From: an uncultured Gammaproteobacteria bacterium
Lineage (GTDB): Bacteria > Pseudomonadota > Gammaproteobacteria > Natronospirales > JAIVGZ01
NCBI GenBank assembly: GCA_964402835.1
Contig: CAYODZ010000187.1
Coordinates: forward strand, 3,461 to 67,460
Length of the DNA: 64,000 bases
Direction: 5' to 3'
Part shown: positions 27,310 through 37,257 of the stretch, piece after piece
Numbering within the stretch: the first letter of the stretch is position 1
Layout: the number at the start of each line of letters is the position of its first letter
Notes under the pieces: generated by a model
The model's database searches: none
What the model was told of the DNA's origin: nothing
Seen by the model: only the letters and a program-made list of their open reading frames with translations
Made by a program: the position numbers and the translations under genes

Positions 27310-28115
27310 TCGGCCTCGGCGAGCCGGTCCAGGCGGAGCCGCTCGCGTGGGTCGAAGAGGGCCGCCGTACCAAGGTGTACCGCGAGCATCGTACCGAAAC
27401 CGGTGCCGGCCGCAATCAGGAACATCACGAGAATCTGGTATTTGACCGCGTCGAACGGCGAGACCCCCGCGAGAATCTGGCCGGTCATCATGCCCGGCAG
27501 GCTCACGAGTCCCGCCGCTGCCATCGAATTCGCAATGGGAATGAGGCCTGCGCGCATCGCATGGCGCCGGAGCGCGTTGGTCGCGGCTTTATACGGCTGA
27601 CCGAGCATCAGCCGCTGTTCGATGACGGCGCGCTGCTCCCAGGCGCTTTGCGTGAGGCGGTCCAGCGCGACAGCAACGCCGGTCATCGTGTTCCCGAGCA
27701 ACATACCGAGCAGCGGGATTGAATACCGTGGTGAATACCACGGGTCGACCTCGATCAACACGACCAGCGCGAGCAAGGTGACCGAGAACGACGACACGAA
27801 CATCGACGACAGGCCGATTTGATAGCCACGGCCGCCGCGGTATCGGCGTGACTGGCGTGCGATGACTTCGCGCCCGGCGACCAACAACATGACCAGCGCC
27901 CACCCGCCAATCAGCCACGGCGATTCAATTTCGAACAGCGTGTCGAGCACGAGCCCGACAAGCAGGAGTTGGATTACCGTGCGCACCGCGCCGATTGTGA
28001 TCGGTCGCGCGATGCCCAGCCGCGCGGGTAGCGAAAGCAGCGCAAGCGCGGCGACGAGCGCGGCCGCGAGAATCAGGTCCAGCGAGGTGACCGGGATTAC
28101 GCCGCCGTCGACCAC
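27306..28115 (-). CDS. fetB: iron export ABC transporter permease FetB (YbbM/UPF0014)
   Basis: 269 aa multi-TM protein, colinear with E. coli YbbM (VSLPGMMTGQILAGVSPFDAVKYQILVMF). Confidence 0.8.
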   Translation of the reverse strand: MVDGGVIPVTSLDLILAAALVAALALLSLPARLGIARPITIGAVRTVIQLLLVGLVLDTLFEIESPWLIGGWALVMLLVAGREVIARQSRRYRGGRGYQIGLSSMFVSSFSVTLLALVVLIEVDPWYSPRYSIPLLGMLLGNTMTGVAVALDRLTQSAWEQRAVIEQRLMLGQPYKAATNALRRHAMRAGLIPIANSMAAAGLVSLPGMMTGQILAGVSPFDAVKYQILVMFLIAAGTGFGTMLAVHLGTAALFDPRERLRLDRLAEAE

Positions 28116-28690
28116 ACCCCGCCCTCCATGTGAAGTCTTTGGTCCGCTACGCGAGCGAGTTGTTCAAGATCGTGGCTGACCCATACCACCGCGCGATCGA
28201 CGCCGCGCCGCCACTCGGTGACCAAGCGTTCGACGCGTGCCGTATTCCGCTCGTCGAGATTCGCCGTGGGCTCGTCGAGCAGCAGCACACGCGGATCGAG
28301 TGCAAGTACGCGTGCGAGCGCCAGACGCTCTCGCTCACCGCTCGATAATCGCTCGATCTCCCAGTTGGCGGGGTCCGTGTCGAAACCCAGGTCGTCACGC
28401 AGCGGCACGATTCCGTCCACGAAATGGTCACCCACGCGCGGGTCCCACCAATGGCTTTCCGCGGCGAGCAGCGTGACCTGGCGTCGCCACTCACACGGTG
28501 GCGTGTCCTGCTGGGATTCACCGTTAAGCCAGACATCGCCTTCATGCGGGTCGAGGTCGGCGAGCATTCTGAGCAGCACGGATTTACCCGCGCCCGAAGG
28601 GCCGCTGATGCCGAGGCAGCCGCCGGCCGGGAGGTCAAAATCGATGGGGCGGAGGCCGAGGCGGTGCAGGCCGCGCGCACTCAGTAGCAC
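28097..28690 (-). CDS. fetA: iron export ABC transporter ATP-binding protein FetA (YbbL)
   Basis: GTG start. Walker A GPSGAGKS, signature LSSGERERLALAR, Walker B LLLDEP. Confidence 0.8.
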   Translation of the reverse strand: MLLSARGLHRLGLRPIDFDLPAGGCLGISGPSGAGKSVLLRMLADLDPHEGDVWLNGESQQDTPPCEWRRQVTLLAAESHWWDPRVGDHFVDGIVPLRDDLGFDTDPANWEIERLSSGERERLALARVLALDPRVLLLDEPTANLDERNTARVERLVTEWRRGVDRAVVWVSHDLEQLARVADQRLHMEGGVWSTAA

Positions 28691-28695
28691 GGCGC

Positions 28696-29043
<348 letters not shown>

Positions 29044-29078
29044 CTAACATTCCCGTTTGGCCCGATAGGGGTACACTC

Positions 29079-29405
29079 ATGGTCATGGATACCAAGAAAC
29101 TCGACGAACTCGCCCGGAAACTCGCCGAACTCGTCCCGCCGGGCGTGCGCGGCATCGGCGATGAGCTAGAGCGTAACTTCAAGGCGGTGCTGACCTCGAC
29201 TTTCGCGCGGCTCGACCTCGTCACGCGCGAGGAGTTCGAACTCCAGCAGGCGCTGCTCGCCCGCACCCGCGAGAAGCTCGACGGCCTGATTGGCCGCCTC
29301 GCCGAATTCGAAGCTGAATTGTCGGCCGCCGCGCCGCCGAAGAAGCGGGCGAAGAAGGCGACCAAGAAGAAAGCCGCCGCGAAGGACGACACCTCCCGCC
29401 ACTAA
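29079..29405 (+). CDS. ubiK: ubiquinone biosynthesis accessory factor UbiK (YqiC/BMFP family)
   Basis: 108 aa with the pattern LDLVTREEFELQQALLARTREKL and a Lys/Ala-rich tail. Confidence 0.72.
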   Translation: MVMDTKKLDELARKLAELVPPGVRGIGDELERNFKAVLTSTFARLDLVTREEFELQQALLARTREKLDGLIGRLAEFEAELSAAAPPKKRAKKATKKKAAAKDDTSRH

Positions 29406-29431
29406 TCCGGCAACGCTCTCGGCGTCGCGAT

Positions 29432-30931
29432 TCAACGCCGGTCCAAGCGCCGATAGCTGATGGCCTCCGCCACGTGTTCCGTCGCGACCGTCGTCGCGCC
29501 TGCGAGGTCCGCGATACTTCTCGCCACTTTCAACACGCGGTGGTACGCACGCGCTGAAAGCCCAAGTTGGTCGATCGCGTCGCTGAGCAACTGCCGCGCT
29601 GCGCGCTCGACATCTGCGGTGGTCTCCAGGTTGCGCGCCGCCAGGAACGCATTCGCACACCCCTGCCGCTCAAGCTGTAACCGGCGTGCTTCGACCACGC
29701 GGGCACGTACTGTCTCGCTGGATTCGGGCTCGGTTTCGGATTCAAGTACGCCCTGCGGCACGCGTGGCACGTCCACCTGGATGTCGATTCGATCGAGCAG
29801 CGGCCCGGAGAGTCGCGCTCGGTAGCGTTCGACCTGCTCGGACGTACAGTTACAGCGGCCGCTCGGATCGGCCATATAACCACAAGGACACGGATTCATG
29901 GCCGCGACCAATAGGAATCGCGCGGGAAACTCGACCTGCCGCGCGGCGCGCGAAATCACGATTCGCCCCGCCTCGATCGGCTCGCGCAACGACTCGAGTG
30001 CGTGCCGCTGGAACTCCGGCAACTCGTCAAGAAAAAGCACGCCATTGTGCGCGAGCGAAATCTCACCGGGTCGCGGCGTACTTCCGCCACCCACCAGCGC
30101 GATATTCGAAGCGGTGTGATGCGGGGCGCGAAAAGGCCGTAACCCCCACTCGCGTGCGGCATCGAATCGTCGGCCGCTGATCGACGCAATGGTCGCGACG
30201 TCGAGCGCTTCATCGTCATCCAGCGGGGGCAGGACGCCGGGTAATCGATTCGCGAGCATGCTTTTGCCGGTACCGGGCGGTCCCATGAGCAGCAGGTTGT
30301 GGTGCCCTACGGCAGCGACTTCGAGCGCGCGGCGCGCATGCGGCTGCCCACGGACGTCGGCGAGGTCATCGCCGGAACTCGTACGGGCGCGTCGGATGGG
30401 CGGCACCGGCGGTAATGTCTCGCGGGCTGCAAGGTGTGCACATACGGCGAGCAGGTCGGGTGCGCCGAGTACGACCAGGTTCGGGACGAGCGCCGCCTCA
30501 TTCGCACTCGCGCACGGCGCGATGAGCGCGCGACCGGCGCGTTGCGCGGCACGCGCCGTCGGCAGTATCGAGGGCACGGGTCGAAGTTCGCCGCTGAGCG
30601 CGAGCTCGCCGACGAATTCGTACTGGTCCAGCTCGGAGGTGGGCAGTTGTTCGCTTGCCGCAAGAATTCCGATCGCGATCGGCAGATCGAAGCGCCCGCC
30701 ACTTTTCTTCACGTCGGCCGGGGCGAGATGCGCGATGATGTGGCCCGGCGGCAGGGTGAAGCCCGCATGCCGCATCGCACCGCGCACACGGAAACTCGCC
30801 TCTTTCACCGCCGTCTCTGTCAGCCCGACGATCGAGGTGCCGAATTCACCGCCGGTGAGTTGGACCTCGACGGTGACTGCGCGCGCGTCGAGGCCCGACG
30901 GCGCGCGCGTATGGACGGTCGCGAGTGGCAT
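29432..30931 (-). CDS. comM: YifB/ComM family Mg-chelatase-like ATPase
   Basis: 499 aa with an N-terminal Lon-protease-like part, Walker A GPPGTGKS, and the motif NPCPCGY. Confidence 0.9.
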   Translation of the reverse strand: MPLATVHTRAPSGLDARAVTVEVQLTGGEFGTSIVGLTETAVKEASFRVRGAMRHAGFTLPPGHIIAHLAPADVKKSGGRFDLPIAIGILAASEQLPTSELDQYEFVGELALSGELRPVPSILPTARAAQRAGRALIAPCASANEAALVPNLVVLGAPDLLAVCAHLAARETLPPVPPIRRARTSSGDDLADVRGQPHARRALEVAAVGHHNLLLMGPPGTGKSMLANRLPGVLPPLDDDEALDVATIASISGRRFDAAREWGLRPFRAPHHTASNIALVGGGSTPRPGEISLAHNGVLFLDELPEFQRHALESLREPIEAGRIVISRAARQVEFPARFLLVAAMNPCPCGYMADPSGRCNCTSEQVERYRARLSGPLLDRIDIQVDVPRVPQGVLESETEPESSETVRARVVEARRLQLERQGCANAFLAARNLETTADVERAARQLLSDAIDQLGLSARAYHRVLKVARSIADLAGATTVATEHVAEAISYRRLDRR

Positions 30932-31017
30932 TCCCGGAGTATGACGGCGCGGAGTCGCCAGTCGCCGGCGAGGGACACGCCGGCGTGCAACCTTCGTGCC
31001 GCGACAAGGCGCTGCCG

Positions 31018-33411
31018 TTACCTGAGGTGTTCTTCGAACAGCATGAAGATCCGGCGGTACTCGTCGAGCCAGCTCGACGGCTCCACGAACGAATGGTCCT
31101 CGACCGGGTAGATTGCGTTCGTGAAGTACTCGGTCTTCTCGAGTTCAATCAATCGTTGCGTGAGCCGCACGGTGTCCTTGAACAACACGTTGGTGTCGAC
31201 CATCGGGTTCAGGATCAACAGCGGCTTGTTCAGCCCTTCCGCGAATTCAATCGGCGAGCTCGCCGCGTACGATTCCGGGTCGACTTCCGGCGTGTTCAGG
31301 ATGTTCGCGGTATAGCCATGATGATACTGCGCCCAGTCTGCAACCGGACGGAGCGCAGCGCCGGCGGCGAACATCTCCGGTTCGCGGAACAGCGCCATGA
31401 ACGCGAGGAAGCCGCCGTACGAACCGCCGTAAATACCCATGCGCTCGGTATCGACGTTGTGCTCGCGGGCGAGCCAGGCGATTCCATCCTTGAAGTCCTG
31501 GAGCTCCGGCGTGCCCATCTGTCGGTAGATCGCCGTACGCCAGTCGCGGCCGTAGCCGGCCGACGCACGGAAATCCATGTCGATCACGACGTAACCGCGT
31601 TCGGCAAGGTAGGTGTGGAACATGAACTCGCGGAAGTAACCCGACCAGCCCATGTGTATGTTCTGCAGGTAACCGGCGCCGTGGGCGAACATCACGACCG
31701 GGTAGGGTTCTGTGCGGTCCGCGTCGTAGTCGCGCGGTAGGTAGAGGCGGGTGTATATGTCGCGGCCGCGCGCGTGCGTCGACGGAATCGCAACCGTCTC
31801 CGGCGTGATCCACGGGTACGCGCGGAACTGCTCGCTCATCGAGTGTGTAACCCGGCGCGCTTCCGCGTTAGGCTCTGCGGCCTGCACGAATAGTTCGTCG
31901 TGATTCATCACCGATGAACTCGTGAGCAACAGCTTCGTTTCATCCGGCGACAGCACGTATTGCGTGCGGGCGTTCAACTCGGTCAGGCGCTGTAGATTCT
32001 TGCCGTCCACGCCGATGCGGTAAACCTCGTGGACGCCTGGGTGAGGTGCGTTCGCGACGAAATAGAAGTCATCGCCGTCGCGCGTCAGCGTTGGATAGGA
32101 AACTTCGAAGTCGCCGCGGGTCAGCGCGCGCGCACGGCGGGCGCGCGGGCCGAGCACATAAAGGTGCGAGTAGCCGGATTCCTCGGACAAATACCACAGC
32201 GATTCGTCGTCGTTCAGCCAGCCAAATTCATTGAACCAGTAGAAGTCGCGGCCGGTGTACCAATTGATCCAGGCCTCGTCGGTGAGGCGGTGGCGCGGCG
32301 TCAGTTGCTGGTCGGCGGTCGTGACCGTCGCGATCCAGCGGTCCTTGTTGTCCACGGCGCGGAACATCAGCGCGAGGCGGTCACCGGCGGCATTCCATTC
32401 CGCACCCATCACCGCGATTGCACGCGGCCCCTCGAGCGCTGGCTGTTCGTTCGCCTTGCGCAGGCGTGCGAGTGGGTCGCGGTCGATACCGGGGAGTTTC
32501 GAGATATCCAGGTCGACTTTTGTACCGCTCGCAAGATCGAGCAGCGCGAACGCATGGGGTTTCCCCTCGCCCGCGGTGACTTTCGGTCGTACGGGCCGGT
32601 TCTCGACGTACGCGTCGTCGGTGATGAAAAACGGGACCGTGTCGCGCTTCGGCGCACTCTTCTCTTTTGGCTCGGTAACGACGAGCAGCCATCGGCCATC
32701 GGGGGACAGGCTCGTCGTGACGAGCGCACGCTCGTCGCCGAAGTAGTACGGCCGCATCGGCCGGCCCGGGTCGAGATCTGCTTCGGCGGCAGCGCGTGTC
32801 CGGTCCGCCGCCGCGTCTTCCTGACGCTCACGGACGACCGTGAGCAGTCGGCGTTGCTGCTCGGCGAGATAGGCGGTCGACGGCGGCTTGTCGTTCGGAT
32901 CCTTCTCGAATCGGATTTCCGCGAGTCGCTCATGCGTGCCCGTGTCGAGGTCGAACGCATGGAACGCATTTCCGACACGCGCGGCGACGCGGCCGTCGAC
33001 GAGGAACTGCGCGCCCGAGTATCCGGCTGCGGTTCGCGAAAGCTGGCGAATGCCGCCGTCTGTAAGATTCTGCACGTACAGGTCGCCGTGCCGCGCGTAC
33101 ACCTTCAGCGTGCGGTCCTTGTTGTACGCACCGCCGTCCGCAGCGTGCTGCACACGTTCCTCGACGGGCACCACGCGCGCGTCGCCGTCGAGCGGCATCA
33201 CCCACAAATCATCGCCGCGCTCGCCGATTCGGTCCTTCGTGAAATAGATGGCTGTGCTGTCAGCGGACCAGTACGCATCCTCGGGTGCGGTGCCGAGCCA
33301 CTCCGGGTCAGCCATGATTTGCTTCAGCGTGATGCTTTCTTGCGCGGCGACCAATGGGGTAAACGCGAGCGAGGCCGCGATGGCGACCAGGGCGAACAGG
33401 TTACGGGTCAT
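31018..33411 (-). CDS. exported S9 family serine peptidase (DPP IV/prolyl oligopeptidase-like, beta-propeller + alpha/beta hydrolase)
   Basis: 797 aa with a signal peptide and a long propeller region. The C-terminal hydrolase domain has the nucleophile motif GIYGGSYGG and a distal D/H region. Confidence 0.85.
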   Translation of the reverse strand: MTRNLFALVAIAASLAFTPLVAAQESITLKQIMADPEWLGTAPEDAYWSADSTAIYFTKDRIGERGDDLWVMPLDGDARVVPVEERVQHAADGGAYNKDRTLKVYARHGDLYVQNLTDGGIRQLSRTAAGYSGAQFLVDGRVAARVGNAFHAFDLDTGTHERLAEIRFEKDPNDKPPSTAYLAEQQRRLLTVVRERQEDAAADRTRAAAEADLDPGRPMRPYYFGDERALVTTSLSPDGRWLLVVTEPKEKSAPKRDTVPFFITDDAYVENRPVRPKVTAGEGKPHAFALLDLASGTKVDLDISKLPGIDRDPLARLRKANEQPALEGPRAIAVMGAEWNAAGDRLALMFRAVDNKDRWIATVTTADQQLTPRHRLTDEAWINWYTGRDFYWFNEFGWLNDDESLWYLSEESGYSHLYVLGPRARRARALTRGDFEVSYPTLTRDGDDFYFVANAPHPGVHEVYRIGVDGKNLQRLTELNARTQYVLSPDETKLLLTSSSVMNHDELFVQAAEPNAEARRVTHSMSEQFRAYPWITPETVAIPSTHARGRDIYTRLYLPRDYDADRTEPYPVVMFAHGAGYLQNIHMGWSGYFREFMFHTYLAERGYVVIDMDFRASAGYGRDWRTAIYRQMGTPELQDFKDGIAWLAREHNVDTERMGIYGGSYGGFLAFMALFREPEMFAAGAALRPVADWAQYHHGYTANILNTPEVDPESYAASSPIEFAEGLNKPLLILNPMVDTNVLFKDTVRLTQRLIELEKTEYFTNAIYPVEDHSFVEPSSWLDEYRRIFMLFEEHLR

Positions 33412-34535
33412 GCGTGCTCCAATGCCTGTGCGAGATCGTCGCGCAGGTCGTCAGGGTGTTCGATGCCGACGGCGAGGCGCAACAGCGTCGCCGGTGTGCG
33501 TGTCGTCGGGCCTTCCGTCGACGCGCGGTGCTCAATCAAGCTCTCGACGCCGCCGAGGCTCGTTGCGTGTTGGAAAAGACGTGTACGGGTGGCCACGCGT
33601 AATGCGACCTCGCGCGACGAATCAAGTTCAACCGACAGCACGCCGCCACCCGCGGCCATTTGCCGCTGCGCCAACGCATGCTGCGGGTGCGATGCCAGGA
33701 ATGGATAGTGCACGCGCGTGACGCGTGGGTGTTCGGTCAGCCACTCGGCAAGCGCGAGCGCGTTTGCGCTTTGTGCGCGCACGCGCAACGCGAGCGTTGC
33801 AAGGCCGCGAAGTATCAGGTAACAATCAAACGGTGCGGGGACGGCGCCGCCGCGCGCCTGCACGGCGCGAATTCGGTCGAATAGCTCGCCATCCTCCCGT
33901 ACAACGAGCGCGCCGCCGAGGACGTCGCTGTGGCCGCCGAAATACTTGGTCGCCGAATGCATGACCGCATCGAAGCCATGCTCGAATGGCCGCTGCAACA
34001 CCGGCGTCGCGAACGTGTTATCACAAACCGCGATGGCGCCCGCCGCGTGCGCGAGTGCGGCGACTTCATCGAGATCGCACAACTTCAATAATGGATTCGA
34101 CGGTGTCTCCGCCCACACGAGCGCGGCGCCGGGTTTGAGCGCGTCCGCGAGCGCGATGCGGTCGCTGAAATCTGCGTACGCGACGACGAGCCCCCACGGG
34201 CCCATCACTTCGTCAAGCAATCGGTGTACGCCGTGGTAAGCGTCTTGCGAGACGACGACACGGTCGCCTGGCTTCAGCGCCTGAAAGAGCGCGTGGGCGG
34301 CGGCCATCCCCGAGCCGAACGCCGCAGCACTCGTGCCGCCCTCTAGCTCGGCGATGCAAGCCTCGAGCGCGACCCGGTTTGGGTTCGCGTAACGCGTGTA
34401 CTGATACGGGCCGGTGATGCCGCCCTCGGCATCCCGCGCGTACGTCGTGGACAGGTGTAGTGGCGGAACGACCGCGCCAGTCTGCGGGTCGGTCTCGCGG
34501 CCGGCGTGAACCGCGCGCGTCTCCAGTTTCGTCAT
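33408..34535 (-). CDS. Cys/Met-metabolism PLP-dependent enzyme (cystathionine gamma-synthase/gamma-lyase/beta-lyase family)
   Basis: 375 aa (TRAVHAG..., PLP-lysine region HSATKYFGGHSDVLGG). No signal peptide. ATGA overlaps on both sides. Confidence 0.85.
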   Translation of the reverse strand: MTKLETRAVHAGRETDPQTGAVVPPLHLSTTYARDAEGGITGPYQYTRYANPNRVALEACIAELEGGTSAAAFGSGMAAAHALFQALKPGDRVVVSQDAYHGVHRLLDEVMGPWGLVVAYADFSDRIALADALKPGAALVWAETPSNPLLKLCDLDEVAALAHAAGAIAVCDNTFATPVLQRPFEHGFDAVMHSATKYFGGHSDVLGGALVVREDGELFDRIRAVQARGGAVPAPFDCYLILRGLATLALRVRAQSANALALAEWLTEHPRVTRVHYPFLASHPQHALAQRQMAAGGGVLSVELDSSREVALRVATRTRLFQHATSLGGVESLIEHRASTEGPTTRTPATLLRLAVGIEHPDDLRDDLAQALEHA

Positions 34536-35569
34536 TGTGCGAGGGCCCAGTAGAGGAACGGCAGTGAGCGGTCCATGCGGTAATCGACGCCGGAGTGATC
34601 GTCGGGGAATTCTTCGTACGTATGGCGAACGCCATGTTCGCCGAGGGCTCGCGACAGCTGCCGCGTGCCGTAATGGATGTGGTACTGGTCACGGTCGCCG
34701 CAATCGATGTACAAGCCGCGCAGCGATGCAAGGTTCTTCTTGTAACGACCGACGAGCCGCACCGGGTCGTGTTTCAGCCAGTTGCGCCACCGCGCCTCGT
34801 CGACCTCACACGTCACTGGGTCAAACGGTAGGTGGAATCCGAGTGGGGCGGTGGGGTCCGGGTCGTACGTCGCAGCCATGCAAATCGTCATTAGCGTGTG
34901 CATGTCACGCCCGGTGGGTTTCTGCTTGCGCCAGAACGCTTTCAAGAAGCGTTCGATTCGATAATCGTACTGCGCGAGCGAGTTCGCGACGCCCGGAAAA
35001 TCGCTGCGGTACACAAGGTCGAATGCGCAATCGCCCGAGTGGTTCGCGATGGCGCCCCAAGTCTTCGGGTAACGCATGCCGTGGATCATCGCGCCGTAGC
35101 CGCCGGATGATTTACCGAACACGCCCCGATGCTCGCGCGACGCGAGCGTGCGCAGTTCGCGGTCCACGAACGGCACGAGCTCGCGCGTCAGATAGTCCGC
35201 GTAGTTTCCGACCGCTGACGAGTTGATGTATTGGTTGCCGCCGAGGCTCGTGAAGCAGTCGGGGAAAACGACAATCGCCGGACCCATTTCGCCATCGCGA
35301 ATCAGACGGTCGAGCCGTTCGGGCAGGTTCTCGTTGAACGCACTCCAGTTCGTCAGCTTCGGCCCTGCGCCCGTGTAGCCGGCCAGCGCCCATAACTGGA
35401 CAAAACGCGCGTCTTCGCGGCGGTCGTAGTCTGCCGGCAGGTAGACCTGTAGCGTCCGCGTGGCGGGGTCGCCGAGCGGGTTGTCGCGCAGAATGCGCGA
35501 TTCGTGCTCAAGCGAAACGACGCGCCCGCCGCGCGGACGCCGCGTCGGGCGCACGCGCGGCATGGGCAT
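34532..35569 (-). CDS. putative esterase (esterase D / enterochelin-esterase-like alpha/beta hydrolase)
   Basis: ORF 34532..35710 trimmed to ATG 35569 (TGATG overlap with the M28 stop). GxSxG nucleophile elbow GKSSGGYGA. No signal peptide. Confidence 0.68.
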   Translation of the reverse strand: MPMPRVRPTRRPRGGRVVSLEHESRILRDNPLGDPATRTLQVYLPADYDRREDARFVQLWALAGYTGAGPKLTNWSAFNENLPERLDRLIRDGEMGPAIVVFPDCFTSLGGNQYINSSAVGNYADYLTRELVPFVDRELRTLASREHRGVFGKSSGGYGAMIHGMRYPKTWGAIANHSGDCAFDLVYRSDFPGVANSLAQYDYRIERFLKAFWRKQKPTGRDMHTLMTICMAATYDPDPTAPLGFHLPFDPVTCEVDEARWRNWLKHDPVRLVGRYKKNLASLRGLYIDCGDRDQYHIHYGTRQLSRALGEHGVRHTYEEFPDDHSGVDYRMDRSLPFLYWALAQ

Positions 35570-37257
35570 CAGTCGTCGAGCCCTTCGCGCTGCGCGTCGC
35601 GCGTCATACGGAATTCGTTGCCCTCGACCCAATTCGGCCACTCGTCGGTTTCCGCGACGCGACGGCCGATTTCGAAGAACAGCTTCAGGTCTTCGGAAGC
35701 GCCGGTCCAATCCATGTCGGGCGAGTACTTGTCTGCGGGTGCGTGGTAGCGCTCCGCGGTGTAGCGGGCCGCGGCGTCGTTGCCTGCATCGCGGCCGCCG
35801 TCGACCAGATCACGCCCCATGTTCGGGTACAACGCCGGAACGCCTTTCTTCGCGAAGTTGAAGTGATCGGAGCGGTAGTAGATGCCTGCCGCTGGCCGCT
35901 GGTCGCCCTGCACGGAGCGATTGAAGTCTGCGGCAACCTCGTCGACGAATCGGTCGAGCTCTGACGCGCCGTAGCCGACAACGGTGATGTCGCGCGTCGG
36001 TCCGATGTAGTTCAGCGAGTCCATGTTGATCACCGCGGCGGTCTGCGCAAGCGGGAAGATTGGGTTCTCGCCGTAATGCGCGGAACCGAGGAGTCCTTGC
36101 TCTTCCGCCGTGACCGCGAGGAAGACGATGGAGCGCGCGGGACGGTCCTCTTCGGACAGCGACGCGAACGCGTTAGCGAGCAGGATGAGGCCAGCAGTAC
36201 CGGACGCGTTATCGACCGCGCCGTTGTAGATTTCGCCCTCGTTCATCCCGAGGTGGTCCCAGTGCGCGGTGTAAATCACGTACTCGTCCTTGCGTTCGTC
36301 ACCCGGGATCATCGCAATTACGTTCTCGGAGACCGACTCACGTATCGTGTTCTGCACCGACACGGACAGGCGCGCGTCGAGCGGCACGGCCTCGAACTCA
36401 CGCGACTTGGCCGATTCGGCGAGCGCGTCGAAGTCTTGGCCCGCGGCGGTGAACAACTCGCGCGCAGCCTCTTCCGTTATCCAACTCTCGATCGCCGCTC
36501 GCGACATATTGCGGTCCTCAGCGACGAGGCCGAACTGTTCGCCGGTCCAACTGCCGCGTACGACTTCCCAGCCGTAACTCGCGGGCGCAGTCTGATGAAC
36601 GACGATTGCGGCTGCGGCGCCTTGGCGTGCGGCCTCCTCGAACTTATAGGTCCAGCGGCCGTAGTACGTCATTGCTTCGCCGGTAAACAGCGCGTCATCG
36701 CGCGTCGCGTAGCCGGGGTCATTCACGAGCATCACCACGGTCTTGCCCTCGACGTCGAGGTCCCGGTAGTCGTCCCAGCCATACTCAGGTGCGACGATGC
36801 CGTAGCCGACGAACACAAGCTCGCTTTGCTCGACCGACTCGCTCTCGATGACGCGGCGTGTCCACGCGACCATTTCGGTGCCGACATCGAGGGCGATGTC
36901 GCCGCCCGGCGTCGCGAACGTCATTTGGGTTGGCTCACTGGTGATTGCGACGAGCGGCACTTCCTGCGTGAAGCCACCCTCATTCCCTGGTTCGAGACCG
37001 AGCGCCTGGAACTGCTCGATGAGGTACGCGACGGTTTTTTCCCCACCCGGCGACGACGGCGATCGACCGCCGAACTCATCCGAGGCCAGCACGCTGATGT
37101 GCTCGTGCAGCGCGTCATCGGTAATGAGGGCGAGCGGATCGGCGGATTGGTGTGTCTGCGCGTCCGTCCGGTCGTTGTCATCCGCGGCGTCGCGGTCGCC
37201 ACAAGCGGCAATCAGCAGGGCGGCGAGGGCCAGCGTAGTGAGTCTCGTCTTCATCAT
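35569..37257 (-). CDS. M28 family metallo-aminopeptidase with PA domain, lipoprotein
   Basis: Lipobox LLIAAC. M28 metal-ligand motifs (HWDHLG, GAVDNASGTAGL, VTAEEQGLLGS). Confidence 0.8.
   Translation of the reverse strand: MMKTRLTTLALAALLIAACGDRDAADDNDRTDAQTHQSADPLALITDDALHEHISVLASDEFGGRSPSSPGGEKTVAYLIEQFQALGLEPGNEGGFTQEVPLVAITSEPTQMTFATPGGDIALDVGTEMVAWTRRVIESESVEQSELVFVGYGIVAPEYGWDDYRDLDVEGKTVVMLVNDPGYATRDDALFTGEAMTYYGRWTYKFEEAARQGAAAAIVVHQTAPASYGWEVVRGSWTGEQFGLVAEDRNMSRAAIESWITEEAARELFTAAGQDFDALAESAKSREFEAVPLDARLSVSVQNTIRESVSENVIAMIPGDERKDEYVIYTAHWDHLGMNEGEIYNGAVDNASGTAGLILLANAFASLSEEDRPARSIVFLAVTAEEQGLLGSAHYGENPIFPLAQTAAVINMDSLNYIGPTRDITVVGYGASELDRFVDEVAADFNRSVQGDQRPAAGIYYRSDHFNFAKKGVPALYPNMGRDLVDGGRDAGNDAAARYTAERYHAPADKYSPDMDWTGASEDLKLFFEIGRRVAETDEWPNWVEGNEFRMTRDAQREGLDD

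Noticed and set aside
29422-29432. The 11-mer GCGTCGCGATT, shared with the end of repeat copy A (2807-2817), as a possible third partial copy between ubiK and comM
   Set aside because: Only 11 nt match and the flanks are unrelated. In GC-rich DNA this is compatible with chance.
32029-33708. A 559-aa ORF on the + strand, the longest unexplained ORF in the track
   Set aside because: It lies entirely antisense to the S9 peptidase and the PLP enzyme, both of which carry catalytic motifs. Its translation is Arg/Ala/Gly/Val-rich with no recognisable motif. This is typical of stop-poor antisense frames in high-GC DNA.
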